From the NCBI GenBank assembly GCA_009692515.1, contig SHZA01000001.1, positions 9,824-73,823 of the forward strand: a stretch of 64,000 bases of DNA, in the 5' to 3' direction. The position numbers and the translations under genes are program-made. Each line of letters starts with the position of its first letter. The first letter of the stretch is position 1. The notes under the pieces were generated by a model. The model was not told where the DNA came from, ran no database searches, and saw only the letters and a program-made list of their open reading frames with translations. Below are positions 1-9,737 of the stretch, piece after piece. This DNA is from Bdellovibrionales bacterium (lineage in GTDB: Bacteria > Bdellovibrionota > FAC87 > UBA2466).

Positions 1-530
1 TGAAAAGATTACCACCTAAATTTTTAAATCAAAAAGGACAATCTGCGATTGAGTTTATTACTGTGGTGGTAGTGGTATTTTTTTTCCTTCTCTTTTATTT
101 AAGTTTTTCAATTACTTTAGTCGCTAGTGAATACGTTGACTATGCTACTTTTATGGCAGCACGAACCTACAAATCGGGAAATATCGACCTTGAAAGCCAA
201 AAATTCGCAGCGCAAAGAGTTTTTACTTCCTATATGAATCCCCTCCAATCAATCATACGAAATCCTAAACTTACTTTCCCTTCAGGATCTGGTAACCAAA
301 CCGAAGGAGTTAAAGGCGATTACGAAGTGGACCTGTTTTATCTACCACCGCTTTTCATAAAAGCAGGAGAAATGCCAATCAGTGGATTGGCATTATCCTC
401 AGAAACTAAATTAGGCAGAGATCCTTCTCTAGACGAGTGCTTGGATTTTTTCGTAAATTTTGGAAACAAATTTAATTTGGGAATCGGTCAAACCTTTAAT
501 ACTAATTTAATGGATGATAACGGATGCTAA
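1..530 (+). CDS. TadE-like Flp-pilus pseudopilin; 5' end lies outside the window
   Basis: The frame of ORF 63..530 stays open back to base 3. The in-frame upstream peptide ...KGQSAIEFITVVVVVFFFLL has the G/XXXXE[FY] prepilin-peptidase (TadV) processing motif followed by a hydrophobic helix, as in TadE/TadF-family pseudopilins. It sits at the head of a tad locus. Confidence 0.5.
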   Translation, partial: KRLPPKFLNQKGQSAIEFITVVVVVFFFLLFYLSFSITLVASEYVDYATFMAARTYKSGNIDLESQKFAAQRVFTSYMNPLQSIIRNPKLTFPSGSGNQTEGVKGDYEVDLFYLPPLFIKAGEMPISGLALSSETKLGRDPSLDECLDFFVNFGNKFNLGIGQTFNTNLMDDNGC

Positions 531-871
531 TCTTTAAAAATATAAAGGCCACAAAGGGCCAGGCCACAGTAGAAATGGCTATCTCTATGCCATTTTTAAT
601 TTGGCTTATTTATTATACTCTCAATGCATTCTATTCGATACACTCCTCTCATATTGCTCAAAAATATGCTGCAATGAGTATGTATCAAAGACTTAATAAT
701 CGTTCTAAATTCATTGTAGATGATATTGAAAAAAAAATTGTTTCCCGAAGTTTTATTGCAGTTCAATATTTAGATCCACAAACCAATGCGGCTCCGCAAA
801 GAAAAATCATTGCCGGGCCCAACCCAGTCAACAATACCGTCGGCATTTGCCGAGAACCAGGGTGCAACTAA
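524..871 (+). CDS. TadE/TadF-like pseudopilin
   Basis: The N-terminus MLIFKNIKATKGQATVEMAISMPFLIWLIYY has a G/QATVEM motif followed by a hydrophobic segment. There is a 4-bp overlap with the upstream pseudopilin gene. The 3' end probably overlaps the true start of cpaB. Confidence 0.45.
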   Translation: MLIFKNIKATKGQATVEMAISMPFLIWLIYYTLNAFYSIHSSHIAQKYAAMSMYQRLNNRSKFIVDDIEKKIVSRSFIAVQYLDPQTNAAPQRKIIAGPNPVNNTVGICREPGCN

Positions 872-872
872 T

Positions 873-1832
873 ATGGAAAAAAAACGAGCCATTTTACTTT
901 CCTTTATTTTTTTAGGAGTTAGCATTGCCCTGATCACGGGCTATACAGACACCTTACGCCATCAACTCACAAAAGATTTTGGCGCTGAAATAGGCGTGGT
1001 TGTAGCAAAAGAATCAATTTCAGAATATGCAATTATTCAACCAGACATGCTAGAGGTAGTTCCTGTTTTTAAAAATTTTATTCAGGCCCAAACGAGTACG
1101 GTAGCGATTGGAGACTCTGTGGCTGAAAAGAAAGCCATCAATGAAATCGCAGGAAAAGCGACCTACGTCCCCATTTATCAAGGAGAACAAATCACATTTA
1201 CAAAGTTAGTTAATCAAGATGGAAAACCTGTTCTGGACAGACAGATAGAAAAACAAATGAGAGCCGTAACTGTAAGTGTTAATGCGGCTTCCGGAGTCGG
1301 AAGACTTATTCGTCCAGGCAATCGTGTTGATGTTTTATTTGCAGTTCGTTATGAAAAAAATGGAACTGAACAATATGAGGTCAAAACAGTTTTCCAAAAC
1401 ATCTTAGTATTAGCCACTGGAAAAAACATGCAAAATTCTATTCCCACAAAGGTCACTCGCGATGTGCTTTCTGCCATTGAGGCAAAATTTGAGGAACAAA
1501 AAAGAAAGGATCTCTATACCTCGAATGTGGATACGGGAACCTCGAGGCCCGATGATAACTATAGCAATATGACACTTCATCTTTCGCCAGAACAGGCTGA
1601 ACAACTCATTCTATTACAAAATGCCAAGGACATCGGTGAGGTAAAAATATTTTATACACTCAGAAATACGGCAGACGATAAAGTGGTGGCCAACTTAGAA
1701 ACAACTATTTTAGACCAAGTTTTAGGGCCTGATAGTGAAGTGGGTCGTAGTAAAATTAAATACCCCGCTTCACCACCATCTCAACCTCGTTACTTTGATC
1801 AGATGGGTGAAAAAAAGCTTCCTATCTACTAA
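873..1832 (+). CDS. cpaB: Flp pilus assembly protein CpaB/RcpC
   Basis: It has an N-terminal TM anchor (MEKKRAILLSFIFLGVSIALI), then an SAF-like segment (VVVAKESISEYAIIQPDMLEVVPV) and an RcpC-like beta domain (RAVTVSVNAASGVGRLIRPGNRVDVLF). Its position in the tad locus fits. I took the internal ATG at 873 as the start because the 786 start overlaps the upstream gene. Confidence 0.7.
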   Translation: MEKKRAILLSFIFLGVSIALITGYTDTLRHQLTKDFGAEIGVVVAKESISEYAIIQPDMLEVVPVFKNFIQAQTSTVAIGDSVAEKKAINEIAGKATYVPIYQGEQITFTKLVNQDGKPVLDRQIEKQMRAVTVSVNAASGVGRLIRPGNRVDVLFAVRYEKNGTEQYEVKTVFQNILVLATGKNMQNSIPTKVTRDVLSAIEAKFEEQKRKDLYTSNVDTGTSRPDDNYSNMTLHLSPEQAEQLILLQNAKDIGEVKIFYTLRNTADDKVVANLETTILDQVLGPDSEVGRSKIKYPASPPSQPRYFDQMGEKKLPIY

Positions 1833-1846
1833 GGAGACAAGAGACT

Positions 1847-2800
1847 ATGCAAGATAAACGGGCTTTTTTAATATCGATTACCTTCTCGGCTATTGCTATG
1901 TATTTAGTGTACCAATACATTTCAGGTGAAGAGAGTCGTTTAACCAAAATGTATAAAAATTCTGTGCTCGTCGTAAAGGCCAAAAAAGACATTCTGCAAT
2001 ATGCCTCGATTCGTCCCACAGACATTGAAACCATTTCTGTTCCCATGGCACTCGCTCCCATCGGTGCTATTGAATTAAAGGAGGATGCTTTCAGTGCAGT
2101 GGCATCGGTTCCCATCAGCAAAGGGGAATTTATTTTGGATAATAAACTCATTTCCAAAAATATTTACTCCGGATTAGAATCACAAATTTCGAGAGAAAAA
2201 AGGGCCATTAGTATTGCCGTTAACGTAAAAAGTGCGGTGGGTTATCTATTGCGTCCTGGAAACCGAGTTGATCTTGTAACCTACTTTGAATACCTTCTTC
2301 CAAAAAATGGAAGTAACGGGCTCAGGCTTGCGGCCGAGAGCAATATTTTTCTTCAAGATCTTTTAGTTTTAGCCTCTGGACGAACCCTACAAAGCGAACC
2401 TCCGAAAGCGGTTGATCAAGGCATAATTCGAAGCCTAATGAATTTAAAGGATGAATCCCTAGCAAAACAATCTCAAGCAGAACTAAGAGAGGCCTTAAAT
2501 TATGCAAAGGAGGATAAAAACTATCTGACGGTCACACTAGAGGTCACCCCTCAACAAGCACAAACGATTGCTTATGTGTTAAGTGTTGACCCCTATCGAG
2601 AGGCGCTATCTTTACTACTGCGTCACTCAGACGATAGACAACTTGAAAAAAGAGAGCCGGTAAACTTGGCTAAGGTCATGGGCCCCAATTCCTATATGAA
2701 TCGATCCCCTAAACTACCTGCGCCGGTAGCGTCACCTAGAGTTAAGTTTTTCGATTTTAAAGGTGAACTTGAAGTCCCAGTAACTACAGGAGGGCCTTAA
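1847..2800 (+). CDS. second CpaB/RcpC-like paralog
   Basis: It has the same architecture as the preceding gene: a TM anchor, then VLVVKAKKDILQYASIRPTDIETISVP, then RAISIAVNVKSAVGYLLRPGNRVDLV. It forms a tandem paralog pair with the preceding gene. Confidence 0.6.
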   Translation: MQDKRAFLISITFSAIAMYLVYQYISGEESRLTKMYKNSVLVVKAKKDILQYASIRPTDIETISVPMALAPIGAIELKEDAFSAVASVPISKGEFILDNKLISKNIYSGLESQISREKRAISIAVNVKSAVGYLLRPGNRVDLVTYFEYLLPKNGSNGLRLAAESNIFLQDLLVLASGRTLQSEPPKAVDQGIIRSLMNLKDESLAKQSQAELREALNYAKEDKNYLTVTLEVTPQQAQTIAYVLSVDPYREALSLLLRHSDDRQLEKREPVNLAKVMGPNSYMNRSPKLPAPVASPRVKFFDFKGELEVPVTTGGP

Positions 2801-2802
2801 CT

Positions 2803-4413
2803 ATGCGGTTAGTATTTAAAACTCAAACCCTATTTTTGTTATTACTTTTAGGGACCTCTCTGCCTTTTCGATTTTTAATACCCTCAGCTATCGCTGCTGA
2901 AAATGAAGCTGACGACCTCGAGGAGCCAAAACCAATTAAAGGAAAAGATAAAACCCTAACCCTATCCGAGGGCACTTCACGACAATTAGAGTTTCCCTTC
3001 GATTTAGGGAGAGTTGATCTTGGGAATGATAGTCTTTTTCAGTATACGCGATTAAAAAAAGGGGACAAAGAAAGAATTATCCGCTTTGTTCCAAGAGCCT
3101 CTGGAACCACCACGATGACAATTTATGATTCAGAGGACGCTCCACGAATTACTTACACCGTAAGAGTAACCCGAGAAGATTTGGGACAGCTCATTTCACA
3201 ATTGGAAGAGCTCTTAGGTGATGTGGAAGGGCTAAAAATAAAAACGGTGGGTGGCACTGTGATGTTAGACGGCGAGATTCTCCTGCCCAAGGACATGATT
3301 AGAATTAATCGTGTGATTGATGCAATGAGAGAGAGAGATCCCAAAAAAACAACCACCCCTATTAGAAATTTAACCACCATTGGTAAAATCACTATGAATA
3401 TTTTGGCTGAGCGAATCGAGAGAGAGATCGGCTCACCGGAAATTACAGCTCGAGTGATTAATAATAATATTCTTCTAGAAGGAACCGCCGACAGCGAACC
3501 CGATGCAGATAGAGCATTTGAGATCTCTAAAACCTATCTACCCGACATTGTAAAACCCAAAACCAAAGGTGAAGCCTCCGAAGTGGTGAGTCGTGCACAG
3601 GGTGGTGATGCCGGTGGAAGTCCTATTATTATTGATTTAATGAGAGTCCGTCCTCGACAGGCATCTCCCCCAAAACAGGATATTAAAATTGCGATAAATT
3701 ACGTAGAGCTCACTAACGAATATCAAAAATCTTTTAATTTTCAATGGAAGCCACTGGCCTCAGATACAAGTTCTGCCACATTTGATACGAGTCTCGGGGA
3801 AATTAGTGCTAATTTAATTGCTACGATTACAGGGTTGCTGCCGAAACTAAGTTCAGATAAAACTCACCAACACGCTAGAGTACTGAAACAGCAAACTATC
3901 ATTGTAGAAGATGGTGCCGATAAAGAGGCTGTCGTTGATAGTTCCTTAGATATCTATACAAGAGTCATTGATGGTAGCGGCAATGCTCAGTTAAGTCCTA
4001 TTCAAGTTCAAAACTCATTAAAGGTAAGAGCGGCTACATTACCAGGCTCCGATTCTATTTCACTAGGCATTCAAGTTAATCTCACCTCCCTTGTAGGAAC
4101 AGAGGCTGGGCAACCGATCGTTGCCAGAAATTCACTACAAACTAAGGTTAATATAAAAAATGGCGACTCCGCCGCACTAGGGGGTTATGGAATTGATAAT
4201 GCTTTAGCAGGATACAATAGAGATCCTATTAGAAGCGTGAGTGCGGGAAACTCCCCTTCACAGTCCCCTTTATTTAATTTGAGTCGCAGTAAAGGTTTTC
4301 GACACGACAAGCAACAATATGTAATTTTTGTAACGCCTGAAGTTTTAAAAACCGCAAGTGCGGGCACAGATGATATCACTCGTAAATTTCGATTGAATGC
4401 AGGAGAGAGATAG
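2803..4413 (+). CDS. cpaC: Tad secretin CpaC/RcpA
   Basis: It has a signal peptide and a secretin-type C-terminal domain (GDSAALGGYGIDNALAGYNRDPIRSVSAGNSP...QQYVIFVTPEVLK). It is 536 aa, which is typical for CpaC. Confidence 0.8.
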   Translation: MRLVFKTQTLFLLLLLGTSLPFRFLIPSAIAAENEADDLEEPKPIKGKDKTLTLSEGTSRQLEFPFDLGRVDLGNDSLFQYTRLKKGDKERIIRFVPRASGTTTMTIYDSEDAPRITYTVRVTREDLGQLISQLEELLGDVEGLKIKTVGGTVMLDGEILLPKDMIRINRVIDAMRERDPKKTTTPIRNLTTIGKITMNILAERIEREIGSPEITARVINNNILLEGTADSEPDADRAFEISKTYLPDIVKPKTKGEASEVVSRAQGGDAGGSPIIIDLMRVRPRQASPPKQDIKIAINYVELTNEYQKSFNFQWKPLASDTSSATFDTSLGEISANLIATITGLLPKLSSDKTHQHARVLKQQTIIVEDGADKEAVVDSSLDIYTRVIDGSGNAQLSPIQVQNSLKVRAATLPGSDSISLGIQVNLTSLVGTEAGQPIVARNSLQTKVNIKNGDSAALGGYGIDNALAGYNRDPIRSVSAGNSPSQSPLFNLSRSKGFRHDKQQYVIFVTPEVLKTASAGTDDITRKFRLNAGER

Positions 4414-4424
4414 GAAATTTTTAT

Positions 4425-6593
4425 ATGGCTAATGGATTTATCATATCGATATTAGGTGGGAAAGGCGGCATCGGAAAATCAACCTTTGCAGTTAACTATG
4501 CCGTAGCCACAAGTATCGATAATAAATCAAAGGTTTTATTAATCGATCTCGATCCAAAAGCCTGTGGAGATATTGGAATGCTTTTGGGTATTAAACCCAA
4601 ACGAACCTTATTAGAACTAGGTTCTCACGAAGGAAAATTTGATCCTAACCTTCTGCAAAACTACGTTGTAGTTCATTCTTCTGGGATTCATTACTTGCCC
4701 AGTGTTCTTGAACCTGAACAAATGGGTTCTTTAGAGCCCTCACAGGTTACTCGAGCACTAAATCTTTTGAGCGGATTTTATAACTACATTATTATTGATT
4801 TGGGTTCTGATATTGATGCCCCCACAGTAAAGGCCTTAGAGGCATCTACTCTTATTTTCGTGTTAACTCTTCCAGAAATTTTGGTGCTTCATCACACACG
4901 TCGAATCATTGAAAAGATACAAAATTTATTGTTTCCACCTGAAATGATTAAGCTCATCGTTAATCGTTTTAGCCAAAGTAAAGGTATCACTCCACAGCTA
5001 ATTCAAAATAACTTAAAAAAACCGGTCTTAGCCGTCATTCCCGATGATGAACTGACGACCGTGAGCTGTATGACTAACGCACAGCCATTTATTACCGCTG
5101 CGCCAAGAACTGAAATTACAAAAAGCTATTTCTTCTTGATTAGAAATATACAACAGCAACAACTCTTAGAAAAACTTTTCCAATTAAAAAAACCCTCTGA
5201 CGCCTTATCACGTCTTGGACTTAACAAACCTAATCAGGCAGCGAAAGCAGGTGATAAAGCGCCTAGCATGATCATTTTTGATCGCGCTCAGATGAAAGAT
5301 GAAAAGCCCAGCGATCAATGGTCTGCGCTGAAACAGCGAATTCACAAACAATTAATCGATACGATGGATTTAAAAAAGGTAGATACTGAGACCGGAAATG
5401 ATCCAAAAAAGAAAGCTGTGTTGCGGGAAAAAACAAAGACCGTAGTAGTGGAACTTTTAGACAAAGAAGAGCATCCTTTTCGTTCTCGAGATGAAATTCA
5501 AAAACTTGTTAAAGAAATTTTAGATGAAGCATTGGAACTTGGACCTATTCAGGAACTACTGGCAGATGAATCGGTTAATGAGATCATGGTGAATCGCAAG
5601 GATCAAATCTATATTGAAAGAAAAGGGAAATTAATTCTTTCTAATACTAACTTTTCAGGGACCGCACAACTTTTAGCGGTTATCGAAAGAATTGTGACCT
5701 CAGTGGGCCGTCGAATCGACGAGAAACAACCCTATGTGGATGCCAGACTTCCTGATGGCTCGCGAGTTCATGCGATCATTCCGCCCTTATCAGTTCAAGG
5801 ACCCATGCTAACTATTAGAAAATTTTCTAAAAGCCGTCTCACCTATAAAGATTTAGTGAAGTATGGGTCCATGACCGAAGAGATGGCCGATTTTCTGCGC
5901 TCCTGCATCGAGGCACGATTAAATATGGTGATCTCTGGAGGTACCGGTTCTGGAAAAACAACCCTATTGAATATTCTAGGTGGATTTATTCCTTCTAGCG
6001 AAAGGATCATAACGGTAGAGGACTCAGCAGAGTTACAGTTGCCACAGGATCACTGGGGTCGGTTGGAAACTCGTCCCGCTAACATGGAGGGCAAGGGAGA
6101 GGTAAGCATTCGTGACCTCGTTAGAAATACATTAAGAATGAGGCCCGATCGGATTATTATTGGAGAGTGCCGGGCCGGAGAAGCCCTAGACATGTTACAG
6201 GCCATGAATACTGGTCATGATGGGAGTATGACTACCGTTCATTCCAACACTCCGAGAGATGCCGTTGCTCGTCTTGAAACACTTTGCATGATGGCCGGAA
6301 TGGATCTTCCTGCCAAAGCTATTCGAGAGCAAATTGCTTCGGCCGTTAATTTGATAGTTCAACAATCTCGATTGGCAGATGGTTCTAGAAAAGTGACTAG
6401 TATTACTGAAGTCATTGGTATGCAAGGGGACGTGGTTACTATGCAAGAGATCTTTACCTTTAAGCGAACAGGAATGGACAAAGATCGAAAAGTACTTGGT
6501 AAATTTGTAGCCACAGGATTTATCCCAAAGTTTATCGATGATTTAGAACAACAAGGGATAAAAATTCCCAGAGGAATTTTTTCAGTAGGTTAA
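4425..6593 (+). CDS. fused TadZ/CpaE-like ParA-family ATPase (N-terminal) and CpaF/TadA secretion ATPase (C-terminal)
   Basis: Residues 1 to about 250 carry a deviant Walker A ([18 protein letters not shown]) and the MinD/ParA fold of TadZ. Residues from about 290 onward are CpaF-like ([20 protein letters not shown]; Walker [18 protein letters not shown]; Walker B/His box [32 protein letters not shown]). It is a single 722-aa ORF with no internal stop. Confidence 0.8.
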   Translation: MANGFIISILGGKGGIGKSTFAVNYAVATSIDNKSKVLLIDLDPKACGDIGMLLGIKPKRTLLELGSHEGKFDPNLLQNYVVVHSSGIHYLPSVLEPEQMGSLEPSQVTRALNLLSGFYNYIIIDLGSDIDAPTVKALEASTLIFVLTLPEILVLHHTRRIIEKIQNLLFPPEMIKLIVNRFSQSKGITPQLIQNNLKKPVLAVIPDDELTTVSCMTNAQPFITAAPRTEITKSYFFLIRNIQQQQLLEKLFQLKKPSDALSRLGLNKPNQAAKAGDKAPSMIIFDRAQMKDEKPSDQWSALKQRIHKQLIDTMDLKKVDTETGNDPKKKAVLREKTKTVVVELLDKEEHPFRSRDEIQKLVKEILDEALELGPIQELLADESVNEIMVNRKDQIYIERKGKLILSNTNFSGTAQLLAVIERIVTSVGRRIDEKQPYVDARLPDGSRVHAIIPPLSVQGPMLTIRKFSKSRLTYKDLVKYGSMTEEMADFLRSCIEARLNMVISGGTGSGKTTLLNILGGFIPSSERIITVEDSAELQLPQDHWGRLETRPANMEGKGEVSIRDLVRNTLRMRPDRIIIGECRAGEALDMLQAMNTGHDGSMTTVHSNTPRDAVARLETLCMMAGMDLPAKAIREQIASAVNLIVQQSRLADGSRKVTSITEVIGMQGDVVTMQEIFTFKRTGMDKDRKVLGKFVATGFIPKFIDDLEQQGIKIPRGIFSVG

Positions 6594-6595
6594 CT

Positions 6596-7471
6596 ATGGC
6601 AGCAACGTTACTTAAATTTTTATCTATCGGCTGGGTGGGCGGAGCTTTACTTATAGGTCTCTTACTAAATGGGGATCAGATCTATGGTTGGGTTGGATTT
6701 AAAGCAAAGTTGGAACAAGAGGAAATGGCCCGATTATTAGACCTCATGTTCGTCGCAATCACGCCAGAAAAGTTGGCTCTTTTTTATTTGTTATACCTTT
6801 TTGGAATCTTTGGTTTCGCGCTTTTAATTTTTGCGCCCTCTGTAGGTGCTGTGGTTTTTTTTGGCGGGCTTTTTGTTTTTCTATTCTGGACGTTACCAAG
6901 AAGAGTTATCTTCATCATGCATAAAAAAAGAATTACAAAGTTTGTAATTCAAATGGTGGATGGACTCTCCTTAATGTCAAATGGGTTACGCTCTGGATTA
7001 AATGTGCCACAAGCCCTACAGATTGTGACCGAGGAATTACCTAATCCTATTTCCCAGGAATTTGGGCTCGTCCTTTCTCAAAATAAATTAGGCGTTACCT
7101 TAGAAGATGCGATGTCAAATCTTTCGATAAGAATGCCAGCTGATGACATTGAGATGTTTACCACCAGTGTGAATATTTTAAAAGAAACCGGTGGTAACTT
7201 AGCTGAAACCTTTGATACGATCTCGGTCACCATTCGTGAAAGAATAAAGGTGGAGTCAAAGATATCGGCCATGGTGTCTCAGGGGGTCTTACAGGGAGTG
7301 ATAGTGGTTTTAATGCCCTTTGCGCTTGCTGCAATTCTCTATTCTGTCGATCCCGAAAGAATTGCGCCTATGTTTACAACGATTCCAGGCTGGGGCTTGC
7401 TTCTCATCATGATGAGTCTTCAGGTTGTAGGCGGATTTACGATTTGGAAGATTGTTCAGATTAAGGTGTAA
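6596..7471 (+). CDS. TadB/TadC-type inner-membrane platform protein (T2SS-F domain)
   Basis: It is a polytopic membrane protein of 291 aa. A T2SSF-like cytoplasmic segment (LRSGLNVPQALQIVTEELPNPISQEFGLVLSQNKLGVTLEDAM) lies between TM helices. It sits immediately downstream of the cpaF-like ATPase. Confidence 0.65.
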   Translation: MAATLLKFLSIGWVGGALLIGLLLNGDQIYGWVGFKAKLEQEEMARLLDLMFVAITPEKLALFYLLYLFGIFGFALLIFAPSVGAVVFFGGLFVFLFWTLPRRVIFIMHKKRITKFVIQMVDGLSLMSNGLRSGLNVPQALQIVTEELPNPISQEFGLVLSQNKLGVTLEDAMSNLSIRMPADDIEMFTTSVNILKETGGNLAETFDTISVTIRERIKVESKISAMVSQGVLQGVIVVLMPFALAAILYSVDPERIAPMFTTIPGWGLLLIMMSLQVVGGFTIWKIVQIKV

Positions 7472-7581
7472 CCCCCTTTCCTATACAGAATAGAGGCACC
7501 GCATTAAACAACTCGATGCACCAACTATTTTTAGTGCGGATTCAGCGCTCTGAAACACCATTAAAGAGTATAATAAAAAGG

Positions 7582-9327
7582 ATGAAAAACACCTTTATCA
7601 AATACACCAGGGCCGCCTTTGTTTTTCTTTTATTACTTGAAGCGACCTCGCAAGCTGTCGTTGTAAATCGAGTTAATGGAGGTATGAACGCCATTTACAT
7701 CGACTTTAGTATTCAAGGAATGATCATTCCACTTGAAGTGGTGAGAACCTATAATTCTATAACTGCAATTAATGAGGTGACAGGCTGGCCAGGGTCTTTT
7801 GGTTGGGGCTGGACCTCCCCCTTTGAAAGTACCCTTATTACCACTGCCGAACGCAACGTAATTTTACGAGATGGAGGAACTGGAAATACCATTTACTTCA
7901 AACCAGAAAAAGAGGACCCCAAAGTTAGAGAGCAGTTTTTAGAATCTGTAAAACGAGCCTATTTCGAAATTAAAACTGGAAAAGTCATGACCGATGCAGA
8001 ATTAAAACCGGTTCAACTCCCTGAAAAAATGCTAAAACAATTACAGACAAGTGACCAGTTTCGAGCAGAAATAGCTTCGAAATATGCTATCAAACTTGCC
8101 CTCCCTAAGACCGGCAATTTAATCTCCAATGAATATGGTTTACAAACCCTTGCCTATAAAAATAGTGAATGGATAAGACAAAAAGAGGGACTTACTCAAA
8201 TATTTGATAAAGACGGCCGACTCGTTAAGCAGATCGATAAAAATAATTTTACCTTTAATTTTATCTACTCTAAAAATCAAAAATTTCATCTTGCAGAGGT
8301 TCATGATCAAGATAAGACGGCAAGTATTAAATTTACGTGGAGACAAGATAGAATCATAGAAATTATAGATAATAAGAATCACAAAGCTAAATACACTTAT
8401 GATTCGACGGGAAACCTAATTAACGTCACCGATTCTAATGGACAGGTGTTTAGCTACCAATATAACAATAAAAAGTTCCCTCACCTTTTAAGTACCATTA
8501 ACTATATTAGTGAATCTTCGCCCAACAATAAAGTAACTAGAGAGTTTCAGTATAATGATAGTGGACTCGTTATTTATCACAAAGAAAAAGAGGGTTTAGA
8601 AATCACCTACGCCTACGGTAGAAATGCCAACGATCCCGAAAACAACTTCAACACCAAGGTGACCCAACGAGGAAAAACGGGCACTGTTGAAGAGCTGGAT
8701 GATTTTTTTATTAAGAGCCGGCAAGATGGGTCAAAATATCTTTATAAACAGGAGACTAAAAGCTCAACGGGAAATACCGTCACCACTTTCACTCCTTGTT
8801 GTGGAAAACCCTTACAAATAGTACAAAACGGTGAGACTACCAATTTCAAATATAATAAGGAAGGCCTACTCACCGAGCGAGTAGGAAAAAAAGATGACCT
8901 TCGTTTAGAATATGATTCCAAGTGGAATAAGGTTTCTAAGGTATTTGAAAATGGTCTGATATCCTCTTTTGGATATGATGCTAGAGGTAATTTAAACACC
9001 GCCAGTAACAGTCGAAAAGAAAAGGTGTTTTTAAATTATGACCGTTCAGGAAAAATCACAGAAATATTAGATGGGGAGACTACTTCAATTAGTTTTAAAT
9101 ATGGTTCCTTGGGAAAACCGATAGTCATATCTCAAAAAGGGGTAGGCACTGTAAAAATACAATATGATTCTGAAGGAAGAATTTTAAAAACAGAAATCTC
9201 AGGACCAGAATCTTCTAATCGAAAACCCACACAAAATAACTCCCATGAGATTTCAAAAAAAGTAATGAAAAACTTCCAAAACTTGCTTAATATTATTCGG
9301 CCTGCGGGGCTCAACTTGAATAGGTAA
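7582..9327 (+). CDS. secreted YD-repeat (Rhs-like repeat) protein
   Basis: It has a signal peptide (MKNTFIKYTRAAFVFLLLLEATSQA). There are multiple YD/xYDxxGN repeats (YDSTGNLINVTDSNGQVFSYQY, FGYDARGNLNTASN, YDRSGKITEILDGE, YDSEGRILKTE). Confidence 0.55.
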   Translation: MKNTFIKYTRAAFVFLLLLEATSQAVVVNRVNGGMNAIYIDFSIQGMIIPLEVVRTYNSITAINEVTGWPGSFGWGWTSPFESTLITTAERNVILRDGGTGNTIYFKPEKEDPKVREQFLESVKRAYFEIKTGKVMTDAELKPVQLPEKMLKQLQTSDQFRAEIASKYAIKLALPKTGNLISNEYGLQTLAYKNSEWIRQKEGLTQIFDKDGRLVKQIDKNNFTFNFIYSKNQKFHLAEVHDQDKTASIKFTWRQDRIIEIIDNKNHKAKYTYDSTGNLINVTDSNGQVFSYQYNNKKFPHLLSTINYISESSPNNKVTREFQYNDSGLVIYHKEKEGLEITYAYGRNANDPENNFNTKVTQRGKTGTVEELDDFFIKSRQDGSKYLYKQETKSSTGNTVTTFTPCCGKPLQIVQNGETTNFKYNKEGLLTERVGKKDDLRLEYDSKWNKVSKVFENGLISSFGYDARGNLNTASNSRKEKVFLNYDRSGKITEILDGETTSISFKYGSLGKPIVISQKGVGTVKIQYDSEGRILKTEISGPESSNRKPTQNNSHEISKKVMKNFQNLLNIIRPAGLNLNR

Positions 9328-9331
9328 TCTT

Positions 9332-9646
9332 ATGAAAAAACCGGATTTAACTGAAATTCTTAAAAAGGCTAAAGAGTTAAAGGCTAAGGCTAGTCAACTT
9401 ACTGAAGGGGCCGGTAAAGCGGCCTCAATAATGAAAGAGGCTGTGTCTGTAGGCGTTTCTAGCTCCAAAATAGTGGTAAATAAGGCCAAAGATATTCTTA
9501 CCGCCGAGCGAATTTCCCAGGGTTTAGAGGTGACTTCAAAAGGAATCGACATGGCTGCTAAGGGTGCGAAATCAATAGCAAATACTATTGATAAGGCCTC
9601 CAAAGAGGTCAAAAAATTAGGTAAAAAAATCAAACACACCCCTTAA
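9332..9646 (+). CDS. small Lys/Ala-rich hypothetical protein, predicted helical
   Basis: The ORF has an RBS-like spacing. Its composition is K/A/S-rich low complexity. It recalls no recognisable family. Confidence 0.35.
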   Translation: MKKPDLTEILKKAKELKAKASQLTEGAGKAASIMKEAVSVGVSSSKIVVNKAKDILTAERISQGLEVTSKGIDMAAKGAKSIANTIDKASKEVKKLGKKIKHTP

Positions 9647-9737
9647 GAATTACTTTTTTTAATATTGAAAAACTGCACTGTCATAATGACAACTATAGCT
9701 CCTTTAAGCTATGACCTTGGCCTAAAATAATAATGAT

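Noticed and set aside
786-872. Longer N-terminal extension of cpaB (MRLRKEKSLPGPTQ...)
   Set aside because: It overlaps the upstream pseudopilin gene by 86 bp. The internal ATG at 873 gives the expected TM-anchored CpaB N-terminus.
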